A stretch of 64,000 bases of DNA from an uncultured Candidatus Saccharibacteria bacterium. GTDB taxonomy: Bacteria; Patescibacteriota; Minisyncoccia; Portnoybacterales; UBA2143. The position numbers and the translations under genes are program-made. Location: assembly GCA_964596615.1 (NCBI GenBank), contig CAZQUN010000004.1, positions 432 through 64,431 on the forward strand, written 5' to 3'. The notes beneath the pieces were generated by a model. That model was not told where the DNA came from. It did not search any database and saw nothing but the letters and a program-made list of their open reading frames with translations. Below, piece after piece: positions 8,246 to 18,642 of this stretch (position 1 is the first letter of the stretch; each line of letters begins with the position of its first letter).

Positions 8246-9510
8246 GAAATATTCTACAATATATTCTAAAAATTCTGGCTAGAATAGTTTTGTACCGATA
8301 CAAGCCGGAAATAGTTGCTGTAACCGGCAGTGTTGGCAAGACCAGTACTAAGGAAGCGATATATCAGGTTTTGGAGAAATTCTTCCGGGTCAGACAGAAT
8401 AAAAGAAATTACAATAATGAGATTGGAGTGCCTTTGACAATAATTGGTCTTGAAACCGGCGGCAGTTCATTAATTGCCTGGCTGAAAAACTTTTTGCTTG
8501 CTCTTAGGACAATCCTGTGGAGAGGCGATTATCCAGAAATTCTGGTTTTGGAAATGGGCATTGATAAGCCCGGAGATATGGAATATTTAATGAGTTTTGT
8601 TCCGGTTGATGTTGCTGTTATCACCGCTATTGGTGAGTTTCCTGTTCATCTTGAATTTTTTCCTGAAAAGGGAAAATTAGTTCAGGAAAAGGCCCTTTTG
8701 GCTAAATCGCTTGATGGAGAAGGTCAGGCAGTTCTAAATTACGACGATTTATCTGTTCGAATGATTGCTGATGAGTTGCCCAGGGGATTGAAAATAGTTC
8801 AATATGGGTTTGAACAGGGAGCCAATCTTCAGATTTCCAATTTTAACTTTTCCATTTCTGATTTAGACAAAAAAAATTTTGGCATAAGTTTTAAATTAGA
8901 ATACGGAGGAAGTATTGTTCCGGTCCAAGTCAGAGGAGCAACCGGAAAACAACACGCCTTTACTCTTGCCGCCGCCGCCGGAGTCGGACTATATTTCGGC
9001 CTTAACCTGGTTGAGATTTCAGGAGTTTTTAAAGAACATAGACCCTTACCCGGCAGAACCAATCTCTTAAAAGGAATTAAACAAACCTGGATTATTGATG
9101 ATAGTTACAATGCTTCGCCTTTGGCAACTTTAACTTCCCTGGAAATTCTAGACCAATTTTCAGAAGGAAAGAGAAGGAAAATAGCGGTCTTAGGCGATAT
9201 GCTTGAATTAGGGGGCAAGACCGAGGAAGGTCATCGTCAGGTCGGACAAAAGGTAAAAGAAACTGCTGATTTGCTTTTTACCGTTGGCAGCCGGGCTATC
9301 TTTATCGCTGACCAAGCCAGGAAAGCAGGAATGAAAAAAGAAAATATTTTTGAATTCCAAACTTCAAAACAAGCCGGACTAGCAGTCCAAAAACAACTAG
9401 AACCCCAGGATATTATCCTGGTTAAGGGATCACGTTCAATCCATATGGAAGAAACTACAAGAGAAATTATGGCTCATCCAGAAAAAGCTGGGCAATTATT
9501 GGTAAAATAG
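8242..9510 (+). CDS. murF: UDP-MurNAc-tripeptide D-Ala-D-Ala ligase
   Basis: VTGSVGKTSTKE, NNEIGVP, DDSYNASP, GDMLELG, VKGSR. Confidence 0.93.
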   Translation: MRNILQYILKILARIVLYRYKPEIVAVTGSVGKTSTKEAIYQVLEKFFRVRQNKRNYNNEIGVPLTIIGLETGGSSLIAWLKNFLLALRTILWRGDYPEILVLEMGIDKPGDMEYLMSFVPVDVAVITAIGEFPVHLEFFPEKGKLVQEKALLAKSLDGEGQAVLNYDDLSVRMIADELPRGLKIVQYGFEQGANLQISNFNFSISDLDKKNFGISFKLEYGGSIVPVQVRGATGKQHAFTLAAAAGVGLYFGLNLVEISGVFKEHRPLPGRTNLLKGIKQTWIIDDSYNASPLATLTSLEILDQFSEGKRRKIAVLGDMLELGGKTEEGHRQVGQKVKETADLLFTVGSRAIFIADQARKAGMKKENIFEFQTSKQAGLAVQKQLEPQDIILVKGSRSIHMEETTREIMAHPEKAGQLLVK

Positions 9511-9561
9511 AATTGGACAAATATAGTTATCTGTGGTAGATTAAAGGGGTGGAGGCCTCTT

Positions 9562-9633
9562 GGCCCTATCGTCTAGTGGTTAGGACGCCAGATTCTCAAT
9601 CTGGTAACCGGGGTTCAACTCCCCGTAGGGCTG
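9562..9633 (+). tRNA. tRNA-Glu(CTC)
   Basis: Acceptor ggcccta/tagggct; anticodon arm ccaga-ttCTCaa-tctgg; T-loop TTCAACT. Confidence 0.93.
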
Positions 9634-9653
9634 CGTGAAAGGAGGTGATAAAA

Positions 9654-9911
9654 ATGGCGGAAGAAAAACCAGTTGGTAAAATTACTCACTACTTTACAAA
9701 TATTGGAGTAGCTGTTGTTGAAATTACCAATGGTCAATTAAAAGTAGGCGATAAGATTCATATTAAAGGAGCAACGAGCGATTTTGAGCAAAAGATTGAT
9801 TCGATGCAGGTAGAACACGAGAGTGTTGAAAAAGCCAAGAAGGGACAATCAATTGGCCTTAAGGTTGAACAACAAGCGCGGGAAGGTGACGAAGTCTTTA
9901 TAGCCAAGTAG
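9654..9911 (+). CDS. Translation elongation factor-like beta-barrel protein (U32 C-terminal-like)
   Basis: VGKITHYF..IGVAVV...LKVGD.I...F.Q.I.SMQ motif; SD aaggagg. Confidence 0.8.
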   Translation: MAEEKPVGKITHYFTNIGVAVVEITNGQLKVGDKIHIKGATSDFEQKIDSMQVEHESVEKAKKGQSIGLKVEQQAREGDEVFIAK

Positions 9912-9923
9912 TTTTTGAATAAT

Positions 9924-10829
9924 ATGAAAAAGAAAAGGACCAGAATAAGGGGTCTGGCGCTTTTGTCTGGCGGCCTGGATTCTATTTTGGCAATAAAAAT
10001 TTTACAAGAGCAGGGGATTGAGGTGACTGGCTTATGTTTCGTCAGTTATTTTTTTAATTCAAGAGCAGCTGAAAAAGCAGCCAAGAAACTTAAAATTAAA
10101 TTAAAAATTATTGATTTTTCAGATGAGCATTTGGAAATTGTTAAGAAGCCCTGTTATGGCCATGGCAAGGCCGTCAATCCCTGTATTGACTGCCATCTTT
10201 TAATGATTAAAAAAGCCAAGGGAATAATGGAAAAAGAAGAATTTGATTTTGTTGCTACCGGTGAAGTTTTAGGCGAAAGACCTATGTCCCAGAACAAACA
10301 AGCTCTCGAACTGATTGAAAAAGAATCAGGCCTGAAAGGGTATTTACTCCGACCCTTATCAGCCAAACTTTTAAAAGCAACAATTTTAGAAGAAAAAGGA
10401 TTAATTAAAAGAGAACAACTTTTAGATATTTCCGGGAGAGGCAGAAAAAGACAAATGGCTCTAGCCAAAGAATATGGAATAAAGGACTATCCAACTCCGG
10501 CTGGCGGATGTCTTTTAACTGAAATTGAGTTTGGTAAAAAATTAAAAGAAATGCTTTCTCATTGGCCAAAGGCCAAAGGAAATGATATTAGATTATTAAG
10601 ATTCGGCCGCCATTTCTGGATTGAAGATAATTTAATTATTGTTGGCAGGAATAAGGAAGATAATGATAGAATAAAGGAACTTTCCCAAAAAGGAGATGTT
10701 TTGATTGAACCAAAGGAATTTCCCGGCCCAACAATTTTAATTAGAGGCAAAGAAAAGATTTTGGAAAAAAGTTTAATCCAGGCTAAAGATTTAATGATTA
10801 AATATTCTCCGAAATTAAGAAAAGAATGA
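9924..10829 (+). CDS. ThiI/MnmA-like tRNA thiolation PP-loop protein
   Basis: LSGGLDS PP-loop; NPCIDC, TGEVLGERPMSQ, PAGGCLLT. Confidence 0.85.
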   Translation: MKKKRTRIRGLALLSGGLDSILAIKILQEQGIEVTGLCFVSYFFNSRAAEKAAKKLKIKLKIIDFSDEHLEIVKKPCYGHGKAVNPCIDCHLLMIKKAKGIMEKEEFDFVATGEVLGERPMSQNKQALELIEKESGLKGYLLRPLSAKLLKATILEEKGLIKREQLLDISGRGRKRQMALAKEYGIKDYPTPAGGCLLTEIEFGKKLKEMLSHWPKAKGNDIRLLRFGRHFWIEDNLIIVGRNKEDNDRIKELSQKGDVLIEPKEFPGPTILIRGKEKILEKSLIQAKDLMIKYSPKLRKE

Positions 10830-11569
10830 TTCCTTTTTTTTCGTACAATCAAATCCAAATTGGTCCGATTACTCTTTATCCCTGGGGATTTTTTATTGGC
10901 TTGGCTTTTTTAGTTGGCTATTTATTATCTCTAAACCAGGCTAAAAAGCAGGGGATAGAGGAAAAGAAAATTTTCTGGCTTTTTATCTGGATTTTTATCG
11001 GAATAATGGTTGGTTCCCGTCTATTCTACATTCTTCAATTTCCGAAACGATTTCTTGATAATCCAATAGATATTTTTAAATTCAGCGCCGGGGGATTAAT
11101 GCTTGCCGGCGGCCTTATCGGCGCTTTAATTCTAGGTGGACTTTATCTTAAAAAGGCTAAACTTAATTTTTTAAAAACAGCTGATATTTTAGCCCCGGCC
11201 ATTGCCTTAGGAATTTTTATTGGTCGGATTGGCTGTTTTTTGATTAATGACCATCAGGGAGGAATAACGAAATTGCCTTGGGCAATCCAGTGGGCAGATG
11301 GTAGTTTGCGTCATCCAATCGCTCTTTATTTATCCCTCAACGGATTAATTCTATTTTTTGTTTTATGGAAATTAAGAAAGAAATTAACTAAACCAGGCCA
11401 ATTGTTTTTTGTTTTTCTAATTTGGTACGCCATTTCCCGCTTTTCCCTTGATTTTCTAAGGGCAAGTGATACAGTATTAGCAGACCCTCATTATTGGGGT
11501 TTGACAATTAGCCAATGGCTTGGTCTAGGCGCTTTAACAATGCTGTACTTTTACAATAGTAAAAGATAA
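10826..11569 (+). CDS. lgt: Prolipoprotein diacylglyceryl transferase
   Basis: GSRLFY, GGL...GG, GRIGCF, RHP..LY, RF..DFLR; multi-TM. Confidence 0.9.
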   Translation: MIPFFSYNQIQIGPITLYPWGFFIGLAFLVGYLLSLNQAKKQGIEEKKIFWLFIWIFIGIMVGSRLFYILQFPKRFLDNPIDIFKFSAGGLMLAGGLIGALILGGLYLKKAKLNFLKTADILAPAIALGIFIGRIGCFLINDHQGGITKLPWAIQWADGSLRHPIALYLSLNGLILFFVLWKLRKKLTKPGQLFFVFLIWYAISRFSLDFLRASDTVLADPHYWGLTISQWLGLGALTMLYFYNSKR

Positions 11570-11591
11570 AAACTGAAAAAGAGGTTATAAA

Positions 11592-11825
11592 ATGTTTAGA
11601 ATATATGATCTTGTTGTAAGGAAGGATGGTTTTGTGGTGAGCGAAAAAGAAGTAACTCCTGTTTTTATAAGAAGCTTGGAAAACAGAAGTTTTAATGATG
11701 TTTTCGATGAATTTAAGAAATTTTTAGCCGAACGGGGAGAAAAATTCTTTTGTGCCTGGCTAAAAAGAAAAACAGATATTCATCTGTCTTTCTGGTTTAA
11801 AACCATAAAAACAAACATTAATTGA
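11592..11825 (+). CDS. Hypothetical protein
   Basis: 77-aa ORF with gaggt SD filling the intergenic gap. Confidence 0.5.
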   Translation: MFRIYDLVVRKDGFVVSEKEVTPVFIRSLENRSFNDVFDEFKKFLAERGEKFFCAWLKRKTDIHLSFWFKTIKTNIN

Positions 11826-11841
11826 TAAGGAGGTATTTCAG

Positions 11842-12258
11842 ATGAACGAAAAAGAGATGAAGGCAGAAATAATGAGGAGAGAAGAAGCGACAGAAAAGAG
11901 GGTTAGAAAAGAAGAAGGGCCGAAAAAGTACCAATGGGGCATTGCGTGTCTTTTTGTCGGCGCAATTATCTGCATGATTATCGGCTTCAAATGGGGTGGC
12001 TGGGTGACTGGTGAGACTTCCCAAGAAACGGCAGAAGAAAAAGCCAAGGACGCTGTTATTGAACAGTTAGCGCCAATTTGTGTCTGGCAATTTAACCAGG
12101 ATCCGGAAAAAGATCAAAATCTCGCAGAGTTGAAAAAAAGATCCAGCTGGGACAGACGTAATTTTATAGAAAAGGGAGACTGGGCAACAATGCCAGGCGC
12201 TCAAAATCCCGTCGATGGCGTAGGAGAGAAGTGTGCCGAATTGCTTACGCCTGAATAA
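11842..12258 (+). CDS. Hypothetical single-TM protein
   Basis: SD aaggagg; TM followed by GF.WGGWVTG...LAPICV...WATMPG...C; followed by a terminator. Confidence 0.8.
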   Translation: MNEKEMKAEIMRREEATEKRVRKEEGPKKYQWGIACLFVGAIICMIIGFKWGGWVTGETSQETAEEKAKDAVIEQLAPICVWQFNQDPEKDQNLAELKKRSSWDRRNFIEKGDWATMPGAQNPVDGVGEKCAELLTPE

Positions 12259-12277
12259 ATTCGTTTCATTTAGGGAC

Positions 12278-12318
12278 CAAAAGAGGCCGACCATCAACTT
12301 ATTAGTCGGCCCCTTTTT
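12278..12318 (+). terminator. Intrinsic terminator
   Basis: aaaagaggccgac...gtcggccccttttt. Confidence 0.7.
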
Positions 12319-12359
12319 ATTCACTTAATCAATAATTTTCTTTATGGTATAATTTCCAT

Positions 12360-15032
12360 ATGGCAAAAGCTTGGCATAGTTTTTCAATTGAGCAGATTTT
12401 CCAGGAGGTTGGCTCAGGGTTTGACGGATTAAACCAGAAAGAAGCCGAAAGAAGATTAAAAAGATTTGGCTTTAACAGGCTTCCTGAAAAAAAGCCGGTT
12501 TCTAGATTGGAACTGCTTTTTGAACAGATAAAAAGTCCTCTTATCTATATTCTTTTAATTGCCGGCGTTATTACATTAGCTTTGGGAGAAAAAACTGATA
12601 CAATTGTCATTTTTGGCGCTGTTATTCTAAACGCTCTGGTCGGCTATTTCCAGGAGGTTAAGGCCAATCAATCACTGAGTAAATTAAGAAAAGTTCTGAG
12701 AACAAAAGCGATTGTTATCAGAAATGGAGATGAAAAAGAAATTCCTCAGGGAAGACTTGTTCCTGGGGATGTTGTTTTTCTAAGAGCGGGGAATAAGGTT
12801 CCGGCTGACGGAAGAGTAATTGAAAATTGTAATTTAAGAATTAACGAAGCTTCCTTAACCGGCGAATGGTTGCCAGCGGATAAAACAACCAATGTTTTTC
12901 CGGAAAAAACTTCCTTAGCCGACAGAGATAATATGGTCTATATGGGAACAGTTGTTGAGAGCGGCTGGGGCAAGGCAGTTATTGTCAGTACCGGAACTAA
13001 CGCTCAAATCGGCCGGGTCGCAGAAGCAATCAAAGAAACCAAGGAAAAGAAAACGCCCTACCAAAAGAAGTTATCTAATTTCAGCAGAATTATCGGATTA
13101 GTTATCCTTTTTATTGCCTCAGCTATTTTTCTTGAAGGGATAATAACTGAGCATAGTTTTGTTGAAATGTTTACTACTTCTGTTGCTGTCGCAGTTGCGG
13201 CAGTCCCTGAGGGCCTGCCTGTTGCCATGACCGTTATTCTAGCCCTGGGCATGCAGAGAATTTTAAAAAGAAAAGGACTGGTCAGGAAACTGGCTTCAGC
13301 TGAAACCCTGGGCAGCACTTCTGTTATTTTAACCGATAAGACCGGGACGCTAACCGAAGCTAAAATGGAAGTTGCCGGTATCTATACCGGAACAAGAGAA
13401 CTTTTAGGCGACCAGCTGAATCATAAATTTAATGGAGAGAGTAATCATTCCCATGTTCATCTTCTAGAGATTGCCATGCTTTGCAACGAGGCCTTTATTG
13501 AAAACCTTGAAAAACCAACTGAGAAATGGATTATCCGGGGAAGACCAACTGAAAAAGCCCTGCTTTTGGCAGGAATCCGGTTTGGCTTGTCCAAAAAGGA
13601 AATCTTAAAAAGAGAAGCTTTAATTGATCGTTTTCTTTTTGATCCGATTTATAAATATGCGGCTTGTCTTCATAAATTCAATAATGAAGAGAATATTTTA
13701 TACGCTGTTGGTTCGCCGGAAATTATCCTTTCCTCTTCAACATATTTAGACAACGATGGCCAGGAAAAAGAACTACTTCTATCTGATTTTGATAAAATCA
13801 AGAAGAAAATTGATAATTTAACTGATAGTGGTCTAAGGGTTGTCGCAGTTGCCTATAAAAAAACAAGGGAAAAAGAGATAAAGAAAAAAGGAGAAAACAA
13901 GCTGGAAGAAATGGTTTTTGTTGGTTTCCTTTCTCTTCATGACCCGATTAGAAAGGAAACTAAAGCGGTCATGGATGTCTGTCGCCGGGCAGGAATGAAG
14001 CCGATTATTGTCACCGGCGACCATAAATTAACAGCCAAGAAAGTAGCGAACAAACTTGGTTTCCCGGTTGAAGATGAAAATATTCTTGAAGGAAAAGAAC
14101 TTGAACAAATGGATGATATGGAATTTGAAAGAAAAATCAGAAAAATTCATGTTTATGCCCGGGTTGAGCCAAAACAGAAATTAAGAATTGTTCAAGCCTG
14201 GCAAAAAAGGGGAGAGGTCGTTGCTATGACCGGCGATGGCATTAATGATGCCCCGGCTCTTTCCCAGGCTGATATCGGCGTTGCTCTTGGCTCTGGAACC
14301 GATGTCGCCAAAGAGGTCTCTGATATGGTTCTTTTAACTGATAATTTTAATGTTATTGTTGCCGCTATTGAAGAAGGCCGGGCAATTATTGACAATATCA
14401 GGAAAGTTATTGTCTATCTATTATCCGACAGTTTTGCCGAAGTCATATTAGTCGGAACCAGTTTACTTCTTGGTTTGCCTTTGCCAATTCTGGCCGCCCA
14501 GATTTTATGGGTTAATTTAATTGAAGATGGACCAATGAGCATTGCCCTGGCTTTTGAAAAAAAAGAAAAGGATACTATGAAGCAGAAGCCAAGAAATTAC
14601 AGCTCTTTTCTTTTAACCAAAGAAATGAAAGTCCTGATATTCATTATCGGCTTTCTAACAGACGTTTTCTTATTGGGTCTCTTTTTCTGGCTTTTGAAAT
14701 ATTCCAGTTATGATATTACCCATATTAGGTCAATCATCTTTGCCGGCTTAACGATTGATTCGCTTTTCTACATTTTTTCCTGTAAAAGTTTAAGAAGGAA
14801 TATTTGGCAGATTAATCTGTTTTTAAATAAGTTTCTGCTTTTCTCCTGGGTTTTTGGCATTTTCATGCTTTTAATTGCTATCTATGTTCCGTTTTTCCAG
14901 AATCTCTTGAAAACAGTTCCGTTAAATCTATTTGACTGGGGTTTGGTTTTAACCCTTGGAGCGATTAATATATTATTAATTGAATTAACTAAATACTTTT
15001 TCATTTCCCGAAGAATTGAAAAGAAAATATGA
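12360..15032 (+). CDS. P-type cation (Ca2+-like, P2A) ATPase
   Basis: TGE, PEGLP, DKTGTLT, TGD, GDGINDAPAL motifs. Confidence 0.95.
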   Translation: MAKAWHSFSIEQIFQEVGSGFDGLNQKEAERRLKRFGFNRLPEKKPVSRLELLFEQIKSPLIYILLIAGVITLALGEKTDTIVIFGAVILNALVGYFQEVKANQSLSKLRKVLRTKAIVIRNGDEKEIPQGRLVPGDVVFLRAGNKVPADGRVIENCNLRINEASLTGEWLPADKTTNVFPEKTSLADRDNMVYMGTVVESGWGKAVIVSTGTNAQIGRVAEAIKETKEKKTPYQKKLSNFSRIIGLVILFIASAIFLEGIITEHSFVEMFTTSVAVAVAAVPEGLPVAMTVILALGMQRILKRKGLVRKLASAETLGSTSVILTDKTGTLTEAKMEVAGIYTGTRELLGDQLNHKFNGESNHSHVHLLEIAMLCNEAFIENLEKPTEKWIIRGRPTEKALLLAGIRFGLSKKEILKREALIDRFLFDPIYKYAACLHKFNNEENILYAVGSPEIILSSSTYLDNDGQEKELLLSDFDKIKKKIDNLTDSGLRVVAVAYKKTREKEIKKKGENKLEEMVFVGFLSLHDPIRKETKAVMDVCRRAGMKPIIVTGDHKLTAKKVANKLGFPVEDENILEGKELEQMDDMEFERKIRKIHVYARVEPKQKLRIVQAWQKRGEVVAMTGDGINDAPALSQADIGVALGSGTDVAKEVSDMVLLTDNFNVIVAAIEEGRAIIDNIRKVIVYLLSDSFAEVILVGTSLLLGLPLPILAAQILWVNLIEDGPMSIALAFEKKEKDTMKQKPRNYSSFLLTKEMKVLIFIIGFLTDVFLLGLFFWLLKYSSYDITHIRSIIFAGLTIDSLFYIFSCKSLRRNIWQINLFLNKFLLFSWVFGIFMLLIAIYVPFFQNLLKTVPLNLFDWGLVLTLGAINILLIELTKYFFISRRIEKKI

Positions 15033-15982
15033 TTTTTCTCTACATTGCCATTTTAATCCTTTCTTTTTTTACCCTGGCTTTTTCAAGTGGGTGGCTGGTC
15101 AGGTCATTAACCAGGGTTGCTAAGTTTTTGGGTTGGAAAGAATTTGTTGTTGCTTTTTTCACTATGGCTCTAGCCAGCTCCGTTCCTAATCTTTCGGTTG
15201 GAATAAGCTCGGCTTTGCATAAAATTCCGTCCCTGGCTTTCGGAGAAATTGTTGGTAACAATATTATTGATTTATCTTTGGCCGTTGCTTTAGCCGCCCT
15301 GATTGCCAAAGGGGGATTAAGTTTGTCGAGTCGGACTGTCCAGGGAAGCGGAATATTCACCATCTTTATTGCCGCCCTGCCGTTGTTTCTAGCCATGGAT
15401 GGAGAAATCACCAAATCAGACGGCTTTGTTTTAATCCTGACCTTCCTCGTCTATATCTCCTGGCTCTTTAGTAAAAAAGAAAGATACGGGAAGATATATG
15501 ATCATAGTATCAAAATGAGTCTGGGTATGTTTTTTAAAAATATTGTTAATATGGTTTTAGCGGTTTCTCTTTTGGTTCTGGCCGCTGAAGGAATCGTTCG
15601 TTCAGCAATATATTTTTCAGAGATTCTCTTTCTGCCAATTGCTTTAGTCGGCGTTTTAATTGTTGGATTGGGCAATGCTCTGCCCGAAATCTTCTTTAGT
15701 GTTCAGGCAGCCAGAAGGGGAGAAGATTGGGTTGTTATCGGAAACCTAATGGGTTCGGTCATTATTACCGCTACTCTTGCCCTGGGAATAGTCGCTCTGA
15801 TTGAACCAATAGTTATTAAGGCCATTTCTCCTTTTGTTATTGCCAGGTTTTTCCTGATAATTTCAGCTATCTTTTTCCTCCTATTCCTTAGAACCGGAAA
15901 AAGGATTGACAGAAAAGAAGCTGTCTTTTTGCTCCTTATTTACATTGCCTTTGTCCTGGCTGAAGTTTTGTTTTTGAAATAG
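15029..15982 (+). CDS. Sodium:calcium antiporter (CaCA family)
   Basis: Two alpha repeats (ASSVPN...GEIVGNN and GNALPE...GNLMGS); about 10 TMs. Confidence 0.88.
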   Translation: MIFLYIAILILSFFTLAFSSGWLVRSLTRVAKFLGWKEFVVAFFTMALASSVPNLSVGISSALHKIPSLAFGEIVGNNIIDLSLAVALAALIAKGGLSLSSRTVQGSGIFTIFIAALPLFLAMDGEITKSDGFVLILTFLVYISWLFSKKERYGKIYDHSIKMSLGMFFKNIVNMVLAVSLLVLAAEGIVRSAIYFSEILFLPIALVGVLIVGLGNALPEIFFSVQAARRGEDWVVIGNLMGSVIITATLALGIVALIEPIVIKAISPFVIARFFLIISAIFFLLFLRTGKRIDRKEAVFLLLIYIAFVLAEVLFLK

Positions 15983-16039
15983 AAAGGCCATTCTTTTTAG
16001 ATTAGAATGACCTTTTAGAAAGCCTTTTGGTTAGCTCGC

Positions 16040-16267
16040 TTAACGGCAAGTCCGTTTTCCTGTAAAAAGCATTTTTTCGTATCTCTTTTCGGAAATGGGT
16101 CGAATAGAAATAGTTTCTCCAGATGATTTTTTGGCCACTTCGAGCCAGTAAAGATCGCAATTCGAAGCAGTACATATCCGCCAATTTTTCTTTCTAACGC
16201 TTATTTCATTAGGGAATGGGTCTGTTGCGTCTTTTAACTCCCCACCACATTTGAAACAAAAAGGCAT
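16040..16267 (-). CDS. Small zinc-ribbon protein
   Basis: CFKCGG...CTASNC; SD aaggagg before MPFC start. Confidence 0.65.
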   Translation of the reverse strand: MPFCFKCGGELKDATDPFPNEISVRKKNWRICTASNCDLYWLEVAKKSSGETISIRPISEKRYEKMLFTGKRTCR

Positions 16268-16368
16268 TTTCCCCTCCTTTTTCATCATATTTTTTGATAG
16301 TTATAAGTAACATATTTTCATAAAAAAAGCAATTGCTTTTTTCCTTTTTCTGTGCTAAATTGGTTTTC

Positions 16369-17400
16369 ATGGAATACTTGGTTATTCTACTTTTGTTTGT
16401 TGTTGTTATCAGTTCTTCCCTGATTATTTTTTTACTATTAAGAAGAAGGCCGGAAAAACAAGATAGCCAATCACTTTTAATGCTTCAGGAACAGATTGGC
16501 CAGTTAAACCAGGCAGTTGATAGTAAATTATCCGAATCAGCCAGGGCAATGCAGACCCAATTTGGTCAAAGCGCTAAAATTGTCCGGGACGTAACCGAGA
16601 GATTAACTAAATTAGATGATACTAATAAACGGGTGGTTGATTTTGCCAAGCAGATGCAGTCCTTGGAGAATATTCTGACCAATCCAAAACAAAGAGGTGT
16701 CTTAGGAGAATATTTCCTGGAAACAGTTTTAAAGAATGTTTTGCCTCCGGATTCCTACAAAGTCCAATATTCTTTTAAAGACGGAACCATAGTTGACGCA
16801 GTCGTATTTATTGATAAACAGATTATTCCGATTGATTCGAAGTTTTCCTTAGAGAATTATAATAGGATTTTGGATAGCCAGAGTTCTGAAGAGAAAAAAA
16901 GATACGAAGCTGCTTTTATTAACGACTTAAAATTCAGGATTGACGAAACTTCAAAATATGTTAAGCCAGAGGAAAGAACGATGGACTTTGCCTTTATGTA
17001 TATTCCTTCAGAAGCAGTTTATTACGACCTCTTGATTAATAAGGTTGGGGCAGTTAGAGGTGATACTAATAATCTGGTTTCTTACGCCGGGAGAAAGAAA
17101 GTCATAATAGTTTCTCCAACTTCTTTTCTTGCCTATTTACAAACTGTTTTACAAGGATTAAGAAGGCAAAAGATTTCTGAACAGGCCATGGGGATAGTAA
17201 AGGAAGTTGAAAGGCTTGGAAAACACCTGGGGGCATACAATCAACACATGCAGAAATTAGGAAATCACTTGACAACAACCGTTGGAAGTTATAATAGGGC
17301 TAATAAAGAACTTAAAAAAGTTGATAAAGATGTGGTTAAAATTACCGATGGAAAACCACAAATAGAGGCAGAAGAAATAGAAAAACCATTATTAGAATAA
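16369..17400 (+). CDS. rmuC: DNA recombination protein RmuC
   Basis: KQRG.LGE..LE, IDSKF, DFAFMYIPSE, VSPT motifs; start adjusted. Confidence 0.92.
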   Translation: MEYLVILLLFVVVISSSLIIFLLLRRRPEKQDSQSLLMLQEQIGQLNQAVDSKLSESARAMQTQFGQSAKIVRDVTERLTKLDDTNKRVVDFAKQMQSLENILTNPKQRGVLGEYFLETVLKNVLPPDSYKVQYSFKDGTIVDAVVFIDKQIIPIDSKFSLENYNRILDSQSSEEKKRYEAAFINDLKFRIDETSKYVKPEERTMDFAFMYIPSEAVYYDLLINKVGAVRGDTNNLVSYAGRKKVIIVSPTSFLAYLQTVLQGLRRQKISEQAMGIVKEVERLGKHLGAYNQHMQKLGNHLTTTVGSYNRANKELKKVDKDVVKITDGKPQIEAEEIEKPLLE

Positions 17401-17401
17401 T

Positions 17402-17713
17402 ATGTTTGCAGTCATCAAGACCGGGGGAAAACAATATTTGGTTTCTCCGGGCGATAAAATTAAGATAGAAAAGATAGATGCCGAAGAGGGCAAAGAAGTT
17501 TTATTTGGCGAAGTTTTGTTATTAGAAAAAGGGAAATCAATTAAAATTGGGACCCCTTTAGTTAAAGGGGCCAAAGTGACAGGAAAAGTTTTAAAACAGG
17601 ATAAAGCCAAGAAAGTTATAATTTTAAAATACAAACCTAAAAAACGTTCTCAAACAAAAAAAGGGCACCGACAGCCCTTTACCGAGGTAGAGATTTTAAA
17701 GATTGAATCTTAA
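17402..17713 (+). CDS. rplU: 50S ribosomal protein L21
   Basis: MFAVIKTGGKQY...GHRQPFT. Confidence 0.97.
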   Translation: MFAVIKTGGKQYLVSPGDKIKIEKIDAEEGKEVLFGEVLLLEKGKSIKIGTPLVKGAKVTGKVLKQDKAKKVIILKYKPKKRSQTKKGHRQPFTEVEILKIES

Positions 17714-17741
17714 CAACCACTCATTGATCAAGGAGGTCGAT

Positions 17742-18056
17742 ATGGGTATTTCAGTTAAAAGAGGACATAAGGCGGCAGTGAGGATAATCTCGCACCTTAT
17801 TTTCCTATTAACCCCTTTATTTATTTGGTGGCAGGGACAGGATTTATTTGGCTGGTCGCCATGGCTATTATACTTCCTGCAGGTCGGTCTTTGGAGCCCG
17901 TTCGTTGTTATCTATGCAGTAAAAGATTATTTCAGTTTTCCTGCCGGGGTCGCATATTATGAGTTTCATGAATGGAGAGAAATCCCAATGGAATTTTTAT
18001 TCCCTCATGTTGAGTTAGTTTTAGGCAAATTGGGGGAGGATCTATTTCCTTCCTAA
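17742..18056 (+). CDS. Hypothetical membrane protein
   Basis: SD aaggagg before ATG 17742; two hydrophobic segments; 3' end overlaps recR 3' end. Confidence 0.6.
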   Translation: MGISVKRGHKAAVRIISHLIFLLTPLFIWWQGQDLFGWSPWLLYFLQVGLWSPFVVIYAVKDYFSFPAGVAYYEFHEWREIPMEFLFPHVELVLGKLGEDLFPS

Positions 18057-18641
18057 AAAGGCACTACCTAAGGTATGTTCGTCTATGTATTCAAGATCGG
18101 AGCCGGTTGATAGCCCTCGCGCCAATCGGCTCGTTTTTATTTCCAACCCCCCAAGCATTCTTTCAATATATAAAGCCGTAGTATCTCCCTCGGTTGTCGG
18201 ACTAAAAGCGAATATAATTTCCTTTATCTCTGGCTGGGATTTTTTAATTCTAGAAATTAATTGATTAATTTTCAAGTTTTCCGGGCCAATGCCATTTCCC
18301 GGAGAAATTAATCCGCCTAAAACATGATAAAGTCCATGATATTGTTTGGTTTTTTCAATCGGAATAATATTCAAAAGATTTTCAACCAAACAGAGAGTTG
18401 ATTTATCTCTTTTGCCATCAAGGCAAATTGGACAGAAATTCTTGCTTTTTTCAGTCAGGTTATAGCATTGGGGACAAAGATTAATTTCAGTTTTAAGATT
18501 TTTAACAGCCAAAGAAAAATCATCTAATTCTTTTTGATTCTGATTAAGCAAATGAAAAACCATCCGAGTCGCAGATCTCGGTCCAATTTCCGGCAATTTG
18601 GATAACTCATTGATAAGTTTTTGAACTGATTTTGGAAACAT
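18042..18641 (-). CDS. recR: Recombination mediator RecR
   Basis: LP.IGPRSA.R, C4 zinc finger, YHVLGG.ISP, EGDTTA; start adjusted to MFPKS. Confidence 0.95.
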   Translation of the reverse strand: MFPKSVQKLINELSKLPEIGPRSATRMVFHLLNQNQKELDDFSLAVKNLKTEINLCPQCYNLTEKSKNFCPICLDGKRDKSTLCLVENLLNIIPIEKTKQYHGLYHVLGGLISPGNGIGPENLKINQLISRIKKSQPEIKEIIFAFSPTTEGDTTALYIERMLGGLEIKTSRLARGLSTGSDLEYIDEHTLGSAFLGRK

Positions 18642-18642
18642 A

